A stretch of 64,000 nt of DNA, taken from contig JASLKQ010000002.1 of the NCBI GenBank assembly GCA_030747505.1, forward strand, positions 17,549 to 81,548, given 5' to 3'. Each line of letters opens with the position of its first letter. Within the stretch, counting starts at the first letter, position 1. This stretch comes from Verrucomicrobiota bacterium (GTDB lineage Bacteria > Verrucomicrobiota > Verrucomicrobiia > Limisphaerales > UBA1100). Positions 34,626-43,064 of the stretch are shown piece after piece. The notes under the pieces are model-generated. The model had not been told where the DNA came from. It did not search any database and saw nothing but the letters and a program-made list of their open reading frames with translations. The position numbers and the translations under genes are program-made.

Positions 34626-35543
34626 TTAAGCGAAAGGATTTTCAGAATCAGACGAGTCCACTTCATTCACCGGAGCTTCTTGTTCCTCTTCCTTATCGAA
34701 TGGGTTACGGTCTGAAGGCACAGTGCGCGGGAGAAAGAAAGGTGAGATGAACAGGTAGATCCAACCGGTTACGCAATATATGGGGATCATGATCAAGAAC
34801 CCCATTAGGGGCAGGAGGTTTAGTGCATAGCAAAGACCGGTTGCGGCTATCAGTACTCCAGAAGGCAGCCAGGCAGCGGTGCTAAGACGCAAGAGTGACC
34901 CAAAACCGTCTTGACGATCAGAAAAAAAAGCCACTGCTTTGGATGGCAAGATACCGACAAAGCCGAGCAGCAGGCAAATAAAACCGTATGTCAGCCCAAT
35001 ACTCACACTGATACCAATTAATAAAAAAGGTCTTCGAGAGCCCCACCAGGGAATCTGTTTCGTTCGGTTGAACTGAAAGGTTTGCAGTGAGTAAGGGAAT
35101 TCCATATAGCCTAGCAATGATCCCACGACCCAACTCTCACTGCGCAATTCAATCTGGCAATCAGCCAGTTGCCCGTGCTTTTGATCGCCATTTGGGTCGA
35201 TGATGATTTGCAGGAACTGGTTTCCTGCGAGGGGGCCAGACCGGGCATCAGGCCACTGCAAACGTCCTTCAATTATACCGCCTTGCTCCGGAAGCTGGGA
35301 AACGGCCGAGTCAAGAACTGGAGCCCAATGTTGCCCTAAAAGCAGCATGCAGCTGCCGGTAATTGCTGCAATCACCACTGCCTGCCAGAGAAAAAGCCGG
35401 CCCCATCCGGTTGATGCAAAGGAGGCAACTCCTGGGAAGGTCAGAGGAAATCCGGATATTTTTTCGGGCGAATCTTTCGCAAAAGAGGATTCAGTGAACT
35501 CTCCGTCCAGTGTGTTGGGCGGCCGCTCGCCTTCCTCTCTCAT
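34626..35543 (-). CDS. Hypothetical polytopic membrane protein
   Basis: About 5 predicted TM helices (e.g. LFLWQAVVIAAITGSCMLLL and FLLIGISVSIGLTYGFICLLLGFVGIL) and an acidic C-terminal tail. No family recognised. Confidence 0.55.
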   Translation of the reverse strand: MREEGERPPNTLDGEFTESSFAKDSPEKISGFPLTFPGVASFASTGWGRLFLWQAVVIAAITGSCMLLLGQHWAPVLDSAVSQLPEQGGIIEGRLQWPDARSGPLAGNQFLQIIIDPNGDQKHGQLADCQIELRSESWVVGSLLGYMEFPYSLQTFQFNRTKQIPWWGSRRPFLLIGISVSIGLTYGFICLLLGFVGILPSKAVAFFSDRQDGFGSLLRLSTAAWLPSGVLIAATGLCYALNLLPLMGFLIMIPIYCVTGWIYLFISPFFLPRTVPSDRNPFDKEEEQEAPVNEVDSSDSENPFA

Positions 35544-35549
35544 TATCTT

Positions 35550-35984
35550 CTAATGTCCGCCGTCTTCAGTAGGTTTTTTCCGGTCTTGTTTTTTTTGGGG
35601 CACCAGGTTTACCGGAAAGGGATAGCGCAGCTTAAGCACATCATCCACATTGACTTCTATCTGGTAGCATCCAGGTTCTTTGAACTCCACATTGCGAAAC
35701 AGGTGTACGTTGGTGAGAATGTCTTCTGGGCGTTTCAGCTCATATTTAATCTTGTTTTCGCACAAGGTTGTAGAGCCGTCAGATGCGATAATTTTTACGT
35801 TTTCGGTGAACTCACCCACTCCGGCAGTCCAGCGATTGAAGCATGCAATCTGGTGTGCGGTTACAGGAAGCTGAGGAACGACCAGGCCAGTGAGCACTCC
35901 GATGAGCATGGGATTGCCATTGGCTTCCTGACGTATTTCTTCGCACATTAGCGAACATTGGAGATCGGGGATAATTCGTGTCAC
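35550..35984 (-). CDS. Hypothetical small soluble protein
   Basis: 144-aa ORF packed tightly between folD (9 nt upstream) and the membrane protein (6 nt downstream). Beta-rich sequence with a basic tail. No family confidently recognised. Confidence 0.5.
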   Translation of the reverse strand: MTRIIPDLQCSLMCEEIRQEANGNPMLIGVLTGLVVPQLPVTAHQIACFNRWTAGVGEFTENVKIIASDGSTTLCENKIKYELKRPEDILTNVHLFRNVEFKEPGCYQIEVNVDDVLKLRYPFPVNLVPQKKQDRKKPTEDGGH

Positions 35985-35993
35985 AAGATTAGT

Positions 35994-36902
35994 TTAATTG
36001 AGAGTGTTGAGGTCTTGCCCAGTGGCTTTGATTGCCGCACGGACAGTGTTGCGCAGCAGCATGGCAATGGTCATGGGGCCTACGCCGCCGGGATTGGGGG
36101 TGATCTTACCGGCTATTGGCTGAACGGCACTAAAATCCACATCTCCAACCAAACGGTGGCCATTTTTCGAGGTTGGGTCAGCAATACGATTGACACCAAC
36201 ATCGATTACCACTGCACCGGGCTTGACCATGTCCGCCTTGACAAATTCTGGCACTCCCATTGCGGCAATCAGGATGTTTGCTCTCAAGCAATGTTCCTTG
36301 AGGTTTCTGGTTCGTGAGTGGCAGAGTGACACAGTGGCATTGGCGGAGTCTTGTTTCTGGCAAAGAATGGCTGTCATGGGCTTTCCAACGATGTTCCCTC
36401 GGCCGAGGATGACTACTTCTGCTCCACTGATTTGGATGTTGCTGCGAATGAGTAGCTCATGGATACCTGCCGGGGTGCAAGGCGAGAAACCATCGGAATC
36501 TCCTAGGAGCAATTTACCCACATTCAGCGGATGAAAACCGTCAACATCCTTATTGGGGGACACCGAAGCGAAGACTGTAGCTTCATTGATTTGTTCAGGT
36601 AAAGGGGCCTGCACAAGAATGCCGTGAACCGAAGGCGCGGCATTAAGTTCACCGATCAGTTTTAGTAACTCCTTTTCCGTTGTGTCTTCCTTCAGGATGT
36701 GGGTTTGAGAGTGGGCGCCAAGTCGATTGCACGCCTTTTCTTTCATAGCTACATACACACGGGAAGCGGGGTCTTCGCCGACCCTTACAAAAGCCAAACC
36801 CGGGGGTCCGCTCTTTTCTTTAAGGGCGGAAATATGACCCCTGGTTTCCTCGTGAATCTGATCAGCGATGGCACGGCCATCGATCAGGTTATCTAGAGCC
36901 AC
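35994..36902 (-). CDS. folD: Bifunctional methylenetetrahydrofolate dehydrogenase (NADP+) / methenyltetrahydrofolate cyclohydrolase
   Basis: LIDGRAIA, GLAFVRVGEDPASRVYV, GILVQAPLP, VDGFHPLNVGKL, PCTPAGI, VVILGRGNIVGKP, PNPGGVGPMTIAMLL. Confidence 0.95.
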   Translation of the reverse strand: MALDNLIDGRAIADQIHEETRGHISALKEKSGPPGLAFVRVGEDPASRVYVAMKEKACNRLGAHSQTHILKEDTTEKELLKLIGELNAAPSVHGILVQAPLPEQINEATVFASVSPNKDVDGFHPLNVGKLLLGDSDGFSPCTPAGIHELLIRSNIQISGAEVVILGRGNIVGKPMTAILCQKQDSANATVSLCHSRTRNLKEHCLRANILIAAMGVPEFVKADMVKPGAVVIDVGVNRIADPTSKNGHRLVGDVDFSAVQPIAGKITPNPGGVGPMTIAMLLRNTVRAAIKATGQDLNTLN

Positions 36903-36908
36903 GAGCGA

Positions 36909-38429
36909 TTACTTCTCCTTCGGTGCTTCTTTTTTTTGGTTTGAAGCTTTGGGTTGGTCGTTAGCAGGCGGCTGTTTTTTTAGCTCTTCGAGCTTGGCTT
37001 TTTCCGCTTTCTTGGCTGCTTCAGATCGGGCGGACGCAATCTTGGCAATGAAATCTTTGGTAAGTTCTCCTTTAAGGGTGCTCACCAATAATACAGGAGT
37101 AACCGCGTTTCGTGCATCAAGAGACTCCTCTCCTGTCACGAGAACTTGTTTGCCGATAAACCAATTGAGTTTGAGGGCTATTTTTTCATCGAGCACGAGG
37201 TAATTGATTTTCTTGCCGGATTCCAGATGTTCCAGAACGTAACCGGAGGGTGACTGGATATCCAGAGTGCGTCGGATGATTCCCTCCCGATGGACAATCC
37301 GTACCGGCGCATCGGCAGTTGGTTTGGCGGCAGTAGGTGCCGGTAAAGCAGGGTTTGCTTTGGCAATCTGGATTGGTTTTACCGTTTCCTTCGGTTTCGA
37401 TGGCACGGCGGGTTTAACCGGATTGGTTGTAGTCGGTGGATTATTGGTTGAGGGATTGCTTTTGATCTGTACTCCTCCTGGAGTTTGCGGATTGGTTTGC
37501 CCAAATTCTTTGATTTCAACAGGAACCACTGAAGCGGGCGGCACAACCGGCTTGGCTGGTTGAATGGGTTGGGCAGGTTTGGCCGGCGCAGTAGCTGTGT
37601 TTGCAGTTGGGGGGGTAACAGGTGGGTTGGGTGCGGGTATTTGCGGTACTTCAGCTACTCCGGAGGTGATCTTCTGGCGGGTTATAAATTGGGCTGCGAC
37701 ATAAACTGATGCGTTTTTCGGAGCGAGGACTTCTCTCCACTTCGCTTTGCTGGCACCGGTGAGGACCACCTGTGCCCCTTGCGGCAGTTTTGAGAGAATC
37801 GGAAATTCTTCACCTGAACCTCCTCGAACATTAAGCAGGTTGGCTTTGACCGCGGCAACATTCAGTTTGATCGGTTTGCCTTGTCCGTTAACTCCATCAA
37901 TGGTTGTAGCTGGGTTTAGATAATCCGAATGGACCCATAATCCGGCGTCTGAGGGCACCTGTACCCGGTACCATCGGCGAGGCTCACCTGCTTTGGGATT
38001 GGCGATGGTGATTTCCTCTAAAATGTTTAACGGTTCATTTTGGTTAAACTGGAAGACAAGGGCACTGAAAATCGTGGCCTTACCTCGTGCGCTTACTTTA
38101 GTCCCTCTCACGATACCTAGTCCAATGGATGGATCTGAGACGGGCTGTTGGGGAGCCAAGGGGACTGCTTTTATAGGAGTCGGAGCAGGTGCTGGGACCG
38201 GAGGGGGTGCGGGAATTGCAATAGGCGCAGGGATTGGGTTTGCCACCACGGGATTGGGAGTCGGTTTAGCTGGGGCAACAGGCGCCGGAGCCGGCTTGGG
38301 TACTGCAGCGGGGGTAGGTGCTGGCAAGGGGTCTCCCGGTGCCGGGAAGGGTTCAGGTTGATCTTGGGCCACAAGCAATGTTGTTGCGGTAAAGGTCAAC
38401 ACGGGAATGATTATTCGGGTCAGTTTCAT
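36909..38429 (-). CDS. Secreted proline-rich protein with bacterial SH3 domains and a Lys-rich C-terminal tail
   Basis: Signal peptide MKLTRIIIPVLTFTATTLLVAQ, long PAP/PxP low-complexity tracts, and SH3b-like segments (LLNVRGGSGEEFPILSKLPQGAQVVLTG). The start forms an ATGA overlap with the rluB stop (tcat at 38426-38429). Confidence 0.7.
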   Translation of the reverse strand: MKLTRIIIPVLTFTATTLLVAQDQPEPFPAPGDPLPAPTPAAVPKPAPAPVAPAKPTPNPVVANPIPAPIAIPAPPPVPAPAPTPIKAVPLAPQQPVSDPSIGLGIVRGTKVSARGKATIFSALVFQFNQNEPLNILEEITIANPKAGEPRRWYRVQVPSDAGLWVHSDYLNPATTIDGVNGQGKPIKLNVAAVKANLLNVRGGSGEEFPILSKLPQGAQVVLTGASKAKWREVLAPKNASVYVAAQFITRQKITSGVAEVPQIPAPNPPVTPPTANTATAPAKPAQPIQPAKPVVPPASVVPVEIKEFGQTNPQTPGGVQIKSNPSTNNPPTTTNPVKPAVPSKPKETVKPIQIAKANPALPAPTAAKPTADAPVRIVHREGIIRRTLDIQSPSGYVLEHLESGKKINYLVLDEKIALKLNWFIGKQVLVTGEESLDARNAVTPVLLVSTLKGELTKDFIAKIASARSEAAKKAEKAKLEELKKQPPANDQPKASNQKKEAPKEK

Positions 38430-39136
38430 TGTGTCCTCTGCAGTATTTCTATTTCTGTTTTTGTCAGTGTTCGCCATTTGCCAGTTGGCAGTTCTCCCAA
38501 CTTGACGCTGCCAATTTGCATCCGGATTAGCCGGATGATCTTTATCTCTTGTGTCGCAAACATACGGCGGATTTCTCTATTTTTCCCTTCGGTCAATACT
38601 AACTCTACTACACTCCGTGAACGGTTGGCGTCAAGGAGCGTGGCTTTCTGTGCGCGCAGCATTTGTCCGCCATGCTTTACGCCTTGGGTCAAAAGCCGCA
38701 GCGTGCGATGAGGCACACGACCTTCGGCTTCCACCTGATAGACTTTGGTGACTTCGTACCGCGGATGTGTGATCCGCAGGGCGAAGTCGCCGTCGTTTGT
38801 GGCAAAGATCAAACCTTCACTGTCGCGGTCCAGTCTTCCCACAGGTTTCAGGTCCCAGTCGGAGGGCAGCAAATCGCTTAAAATCGTTCGCTGCTTTTCG
38901 TCCTTCCGGGTACACAAAACCCCGCGGGGTTTATGCACCGCTACATAGCGGTGACGAAGGGGTTGAATCATTTGGCCATCTACACTGACCACGTCGGCAA
39001 CCGGATCAATTTGTATCCCCTGCCGTGTGACCGTCTGGCCATTTACCTCCACGCGCCCTTCCCGGATAACCGCTTCACTGGCACGTCGCGAAGCGATTCC
39101 GGCCTGAGCCAAGAATTTTTGCAGGCGCACCATCAA
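38426..39136 (-). CDS. rluB: 23S rRNA pseudouridine synthase (RsuA/RluB family)
   Basis: S4 domain RLQKFLAQAGIASRRASEAVIREGRVEVNG and catalytic motif GRLDRDSEGL. Confidence 0.9.
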   Translation of the reverse strand: MMVRLQKFLAQAGIASRRASEAVIREGRVEVNGQTVTRQGIQIDPVADVVSVDGQMIQPLRHRYVAVHKPRGVLCTRKDEKQRTILSDLLPSDWDLKPVGRLDRDSEGLIFATNDGDFALRITHPRYEVTKVYQVEAEGRVPHRTLRLLTQGVKHGGQMLRAQKATLLDANRSRSVVELVLTEGKNREIRRMFATQEIKIIRLIRMQIGSVKLGELPTGKWRTLTKTEIEILQRTQ

Positions 39137-39245
39137 CTTTACTCCGGATACAAAACACTAGTGAAGTATCCTAACTCCATTGGAAACAGGAAGATGCACA
39201 TCCGGGCGAAGGCCTGGGACATCAAAGCTAAAGAAAGGAGTGTGG

Positions 39246-39401
39246 CTATTCGGCCGGCTTGGTTTTACGCAAACCGGAAACACGGTCGCCTTCTTTCCAT
39301 TGACCGCGCTTCTTTAGTAACGCGACACGTTCCCAGCGTTTCAAAACACTACGTTTCGCTCCTATAGACCCTGCGGTTCTCAAACTACGATGTCGTGACA
39401 T
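39246..39401 (-). CDS. Small basic protein (Chlamydiae/Verrucomicrobia type), 51 aa, absent from the ORF track
   Basis: My own translation: MSRHRSLRTAGSIGAKRSVLKRWERVALLKKRGQWKEGDRVSGLRKTKPAE. It is strongly basic. The pattern SRH-S...KR-VLKR-ER...L...G-W......GL-KT matches my memory of the PVC small basic protein family. It lies 109 nt upstream of rluB on the same strand. Confidence 0.6.
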   Translation of the reverse strand: MSRHRSLRTAGSIGAKRSVLKRWERVALLKKRGQWKEGDRVSGLRKTKPAE

Positions 39402-39514
39402 AAATCTGTTTCCTCGTCACCTCTCCGCAACAATTCCAGAGCCCTTTTTAAGGGACACCATCCTTGGCACGGGCGAGGTGGGTATTCTGTTGATGGCTTG
39501 CGCCAGCGGCAAAA

Positions 39515-39548
39515 GTTAGTTACTAACACTGCTAACACCTGTTAACAA
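39515..39548 (+). promoter_or_regulatory. Candidate operator upstream of cstA: a 6-1-6 palindrome plus three phased TAACA repeats
   Basis: GTTAGT-T-ACTAAC (39515-39527) is a perfect inverted repeat. CTAACAC occurs at 39523 and 39532, and TTAACAA at 39542, so the spacing is 9-10 bp. The site lies about 90-120 nt upstream of the cstA ATG. Confidence 0.3.
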
Positions 39549-39634
39549 CCGTTTTTTTATGTTTTTAATCTCCTGCCAATAGGGGACTCCATTGATATAA
39601 AATCGGTTTTCGCATAGGTTTCTCCTTTGTTGCC

Positions 39635-41500
39635 ATGGAAACGCTCCTCATTGCGCTGCTGTCGGGAATCGGGTTTCTTGCCGCCTATCACACCTATGGT
39701 CGTTGGTTGGGTAGTAAGATATTTAAACTCTCTGCAGATGCTGTTTGCCCGAGCGAACGTCTAGAGGATGGTGTAGACTATGTGCCTACCAGTAAATCGG
39801 TCGTTTTCGGCCATCATTTTACCTCAATCGCAGGGACAGGTCCGATAGTCGGTCCAGCCATAGCTATCATGTGGGGTTGGGTGCCGGCGTTACTATGGGT
39901 GGTGTTTGGATCCATTTTTATTGGAGCTGTTCATGACTTTGGGGCTCTGGTGGTGAGTTTGCGTAACAATGGCCAAACTGTTGGAGATATTGCTGGGCGC
40001 TTACTCAATAAGCGCGTTCGCCTGCTCTTTCTGTTTACTCTTTTCATGGCGCTCACTGTGGTTTTAGCGATCTTTGGCTTGGTGATAGCCGCAGTGTTCA
40101 AGCAATATCCTGCCGCTATCTTTCCGTGTGTGATTCAGATTCCGATCGCCTTGGTAATTGGGATTTTACTTCATCGCAAAGGGGTAGGTTTACTCGTTCC
40201 CTCTCTGTTGGCTTTAGTTGTCATGTATCTTACTGTGATATTTGGTGACAGCGGATTCCTCGCTGACTTCAATGCCACACTTGCTGCATGGCCGATTTGG
40301 ATCTGGGTGGGCGTACTTCTTGGTTATTCCTATGTGGCCTCGGTCTTGCCGGTGTGGACGCTTTTACAGCCGCGTGATTTCATCAATTCTCTCCAGCTTA
40401 TTTCTGCACTAGCCTTGATCGTGTTCGGGCTTTTTGCTGCGGCCGTAATGGGGTACACGCCTGATGGGGGAACAGAACAGTCACTTAAATTCGTGGCTCC
40501 TGCTTTTCAAATGCATCCGGAAGGGGCTCCCATGATCTTTCCTTTCCTGTTTATCACCATTGCTTGCGGGGCGTGTAGTGGTTTCCACTGCCTTGTTTCC
40601 AGCGGCACCAGCAGCAAGCAGCTTAAAAGTGAACCCGATGCTCGTTTTGTCGGGTACGGTAGCATGTTGACCGAGGGATTTCTGGCCACTCTTGTGATTC
40701 TTGCCTGTGGAGCAGGGTTGGGATTGGGCTTGATGAAAGATGGGGTGCTACTTACTGGAGAAGCAGCCTGGTCTGCACAATATACCTCATGGTCAGCCGC
40801 CGGATCCCTGGGCATGAAGGTGGGTGCATTTGTTCAGGGTTCAGCCAATTTTCTGCAAGCCTTGGGGTTGCCTGCGGCGGTGGCTGTTGCACTCATGGGA
40901 GTACTGGTAGCATCCTTTGCTGGCACTACATTGGACACCGCTTGCCGGTTGCAGCGGTACGTAGTGCAGGAACTTGCTGCGACATTGGGAGGGAAACTCG
41001 GGGAGAAAAAGGCGAGCCCGGCTGTGCCGTTTGCATTGTTACAAAACAAACACGGTGCAACGGTTTTTGCTGTGGTTATTGCCACCGTGATGGCGGCAAT
41101 TCCTCAAGGCGGAGCCGAGTGGAGTCTGGCTAATGCCGGCAAAGGCGGACTCACCCTTTGGCCGCTCTTTGGCGCGACGAATCAATTGCTCGCCGGCCTG
41201 TCGTTTCTGGTGATCACTTTTTATCTGTGGCGTCGTGGGAGGGCAATCTGGTTTCTGGCGATCCCAATGGTATTTATGCTCATCATGCCGATGTGGGCGA
41301 TGTTGCATCAATTATTTGTTTCCCCTGGTTGGCTGAAGGCCGGGCAGATCAATTATTTACTGGGAGGAATCGGATTGGCGACCATTGCCTTGGAGATCTG
41401 GATGATTGTTGAAGCACTCAAAATTTTCCCCAAGGCTAAGGGTGTCTTAGAGGAAGGGGCCGGGGAACAATTGCCCGAAGGCAAACCCGCTGAGGCATAA
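39635..41500 (+). CDS. cstA: Carbon starvation protein A family transporter
   Basis: 621-aa polytopic membrane protein with VFGHHFTSIAGTGPIVGPAIA and ACGACSGFHCLVSSGTSSKQL, typical of CstA. Confidence 0.92.
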   Translation: METLLIALLSGIGFLAAYHTYGRWLGSKIFKLSADAVCPSERLEDGVDYVPTSKSVVFGHHFTSIAGTGPIVGPAIAIMWGWVPALLWVVFGSIFIGAVHDFGALVVSLRNNGQTVGDIAGRLLNKRVRLLFLFTLFMALTVVLAIFGLVIAAVFKQYPAAIFPCVIQIPIALVIGILLHRKGVGLLVPSLLALVVMYLTVIFGDSGFLADFNATLAAWPIWIWVGVLLGYSYVASVLPVWTLLQPRDFINSLQLISALALIVFGLFAAAVMGYTPDGGTEQSLKFVAPAFQMHPEGAPMIFPFLFITIACGACSGFHCLVSSGTSSKQLKSEPDARFVGYGSMLTEGFLATLVILACGAGLGLGLMKDGVLLTGEAAWSAQYTSWSAAGSLGMKVGAFVQGSANFLQALGLPAAVAVALMGVLVASFAGTTLDTACRLQRYVVQELAATLGGKLGEKKASPAVPFALLQNKHGATVFAVVIATVMAAIPQGGAEWSLANAGKGGLTLWPLFGATNQLLAGLSFLVITFYLWRRGRAIWFLAIPMVFMLIMPMWAMLHQLFVSPGWLKAGQINYLLGGIGLATIALEIWMIVEALKIFPKAKGVLEEGAGEQLPEGKPAEA

Positions 41501-41501
41501 T

Positions 41502-42083
41502 ATGGTGCCGAGACGTATTGGCCTTTTTGGAGGATCTTTTGATCCGGTGCACTCGGCTCATGTGATGATGGCCCGTGCAGCATTGGATGAATTGCAGTTG
41601 GATCGACTGTTTATTATCCCTGCTTCCCGTTCACCGTTTAAGCCCGAGCAACCACCGGCACTGGACGAGGACCGTTTGGCTATGCTAGAGGCGGCTTTTG
41701 GGGGATTGGAGGGCTGCGAGATTGACCGGTTGGAACTTGAACGTGAAGGAGTTTCCTATGCCATTGATACGGTTCGGGGCTTTACGGATCGGTTCCCAGA
41801 GGCTGAGTTGTTTTATCTGATTGGAAACGATCACGTGCCTACATTGACGCAATGGCGTGAGGCTGAAGCGCTTGCCCAAATACTCACCATTGTGGTAGTT
41901 CCACGGCCCGGGGAGGATGCAATTGAGCTTCCGACTCCTTTTCGCGGTGATTGTTTGGAAGTGGAGTTATTGGATATTTCCTCCAGCGACATTCGCGCAC
42001 GACTGCGGTCAGGAGAAACGGTTGATCATTTGGTGCCTCCCTCGGTGGCAAAAATACTGAGTAATAAACGGGTTTATCAATAG
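41502..42083 (+). CDS. nadD: Nicotinate-nucleotide adenylyltransferase
   Basis: IGLFGGSFDPVHSAH (HxGH-type motif), ISSSDIR, and the conserved nadD-rsfS adjacency. Confidence 0.92.
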   Translation: MVPRRIGLFGGSFDPVHSAHVMMARAALDELQLDRLFIIPASRSPFKPEQPPALDEDRLAMLEAAFGGLEGCEIDRLELEREGVSYAIDTVRGFTDRFPEAELFYLIGNDHVPTLTQWREAEALAQILTIVVVPRPGEDAIELPTPFRGDCLEVELLDISSSDIRARLRSGETVDHLVPPSVAKILSNKRVYQ

Positions 42084-42087
42084 GAAC

Positions 42088-42441
42088 ATGCAGGGACGAG
42101 AACTGGCAGAGGCGTGTCGAAAGTATGCGGAGGAAAAGAAAGCCGAGGCGGTGGTCATTCTTGATGTTCGTGAGGTATCCAGTGTCACCGATTATTTTGT
42201 AATTGCTTCGGCAACCAGCGAACCTCACGTGCGTGCGGTGTGGAATGAAGTCGTTGGCCGACTGAAACAGGATCACGGGGTGAGTGCCACCAAGCCTGAA
42301 GGAACGCGTTTCGATAATTGGGTGGTGATTGACTACTTTGATGTCATAGTACATGTCATGCACGGCGATATTCGAGACAGATACGATCTCGAGGGGCTGT
42401 GGAATGACGCGCCGTTGATAAAACGTCCGGCGAAGGGTTAG
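42088..42441 (+). CDS. rsfS: Ribosome silencing factor
   Basis: VVILDVREVSSVTDYFVIASATSEPHVRAV, WVVIDYFDVIVHVM, YDLEGLW. Confidence 0.92.
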   Translation: MQGRELAEACRKYAEEKKAEAVVILDVREVSSVTDYFVIASATSEPHVRAVWNEVVGRLKQDHGVSATKPEGTRFDNWVVIDYFDVIVHVMHGDIRDRYDLEGLWNDAPLIKRPAKG

Positions 42442-43064
42442 TTTGTATTTGTTTCCCGCTGTCTGGCAGCCGTTTTCCAGCAGAGGATAAAGTTTACGAG
42501 TAGACCTATCAGTACCAGTAAGTTGCCCAGTTGCGAAATTCCATGCAGCTGGCCGAAGGCTTTTGATGCGGACTCCTTCTCCTCGCTGGTTGCTTGCAGT
42601 CCAAAATAGTCAGCATATTTCAACTGAAATAAAGCATCCATTTTGGGAGTCAAAAACAGGGCTCCTACCCCAAGGAATAGAATGATAAAAAACAGTAAGA
42701 GCGCCAGTTGGTTAAGGTGGTTGAGCAACCTGAACCGCCAGCTTATGAGTAAGCTGATTACGGACATGGCCGCACAGGCCAATTGGAAGGCAGCAAATTT
42801 GCCGATCATGAATCTCGCGGCGATACCATTCTCGGGCTTGGGGAGGATGGTTTCCAATTCAGAGTTGAAAACGGCTGGTCCAGCAATAAAAGTAAAAAAT
42901 GCAGTGCCGCCCAACCAGATTGCTGCATTCAGAGCAGTAACCAGTTGGATAACTTTTTTTGGATCAACCTGTTTTGGCTTCACTGGGCTTCTCCGGTTCA
43001 GCGTCCTTGTCTTCGACTGATTCCTTGAGAGGTGAGGAGTGATATTGTACCCGTGCGGCAACAA
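42438..43064 (-). CDS. Hypothetical 4-TM membrane protein (DUF4149/TMEM205-like); start uncertain
   Basis: Hydrophobic helices (ALNAAIWLGGTAFFTFIAGPAVF and others). The ORF-track start overlaps yihY by 100 nt. A GTG at 42983 would cut the overlap to 20 nt. Confidence 0.55.
   Translation of the reverse strand: MLPHGYNITPHLSRNQSKTRTLNRRSPVKPKQVDPKKVIQLVTALNAAIWLGGTAFFTFIAGPAVFNSELETILPKPENGIAARFMIGKFAAFQLACAAMSVISLLISWRFRLLNHLNQLALLLFFIILFLGVGALFLTPKMDALFQLKYADYFGLQATSEEKESASKAFGQLHGISQLGNLLVLIGLLVNFILCWKTAARQRETNTN

Noticed and set aside
37993-38711. Gly-rich plus-strand ORFs of 122 and 187 aa
   Set aside because: They are mirror images of the Pro-rich (CCN codon) region of the SH3 protein gene and of rluB. 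The GGN-rich reading is an artefact.
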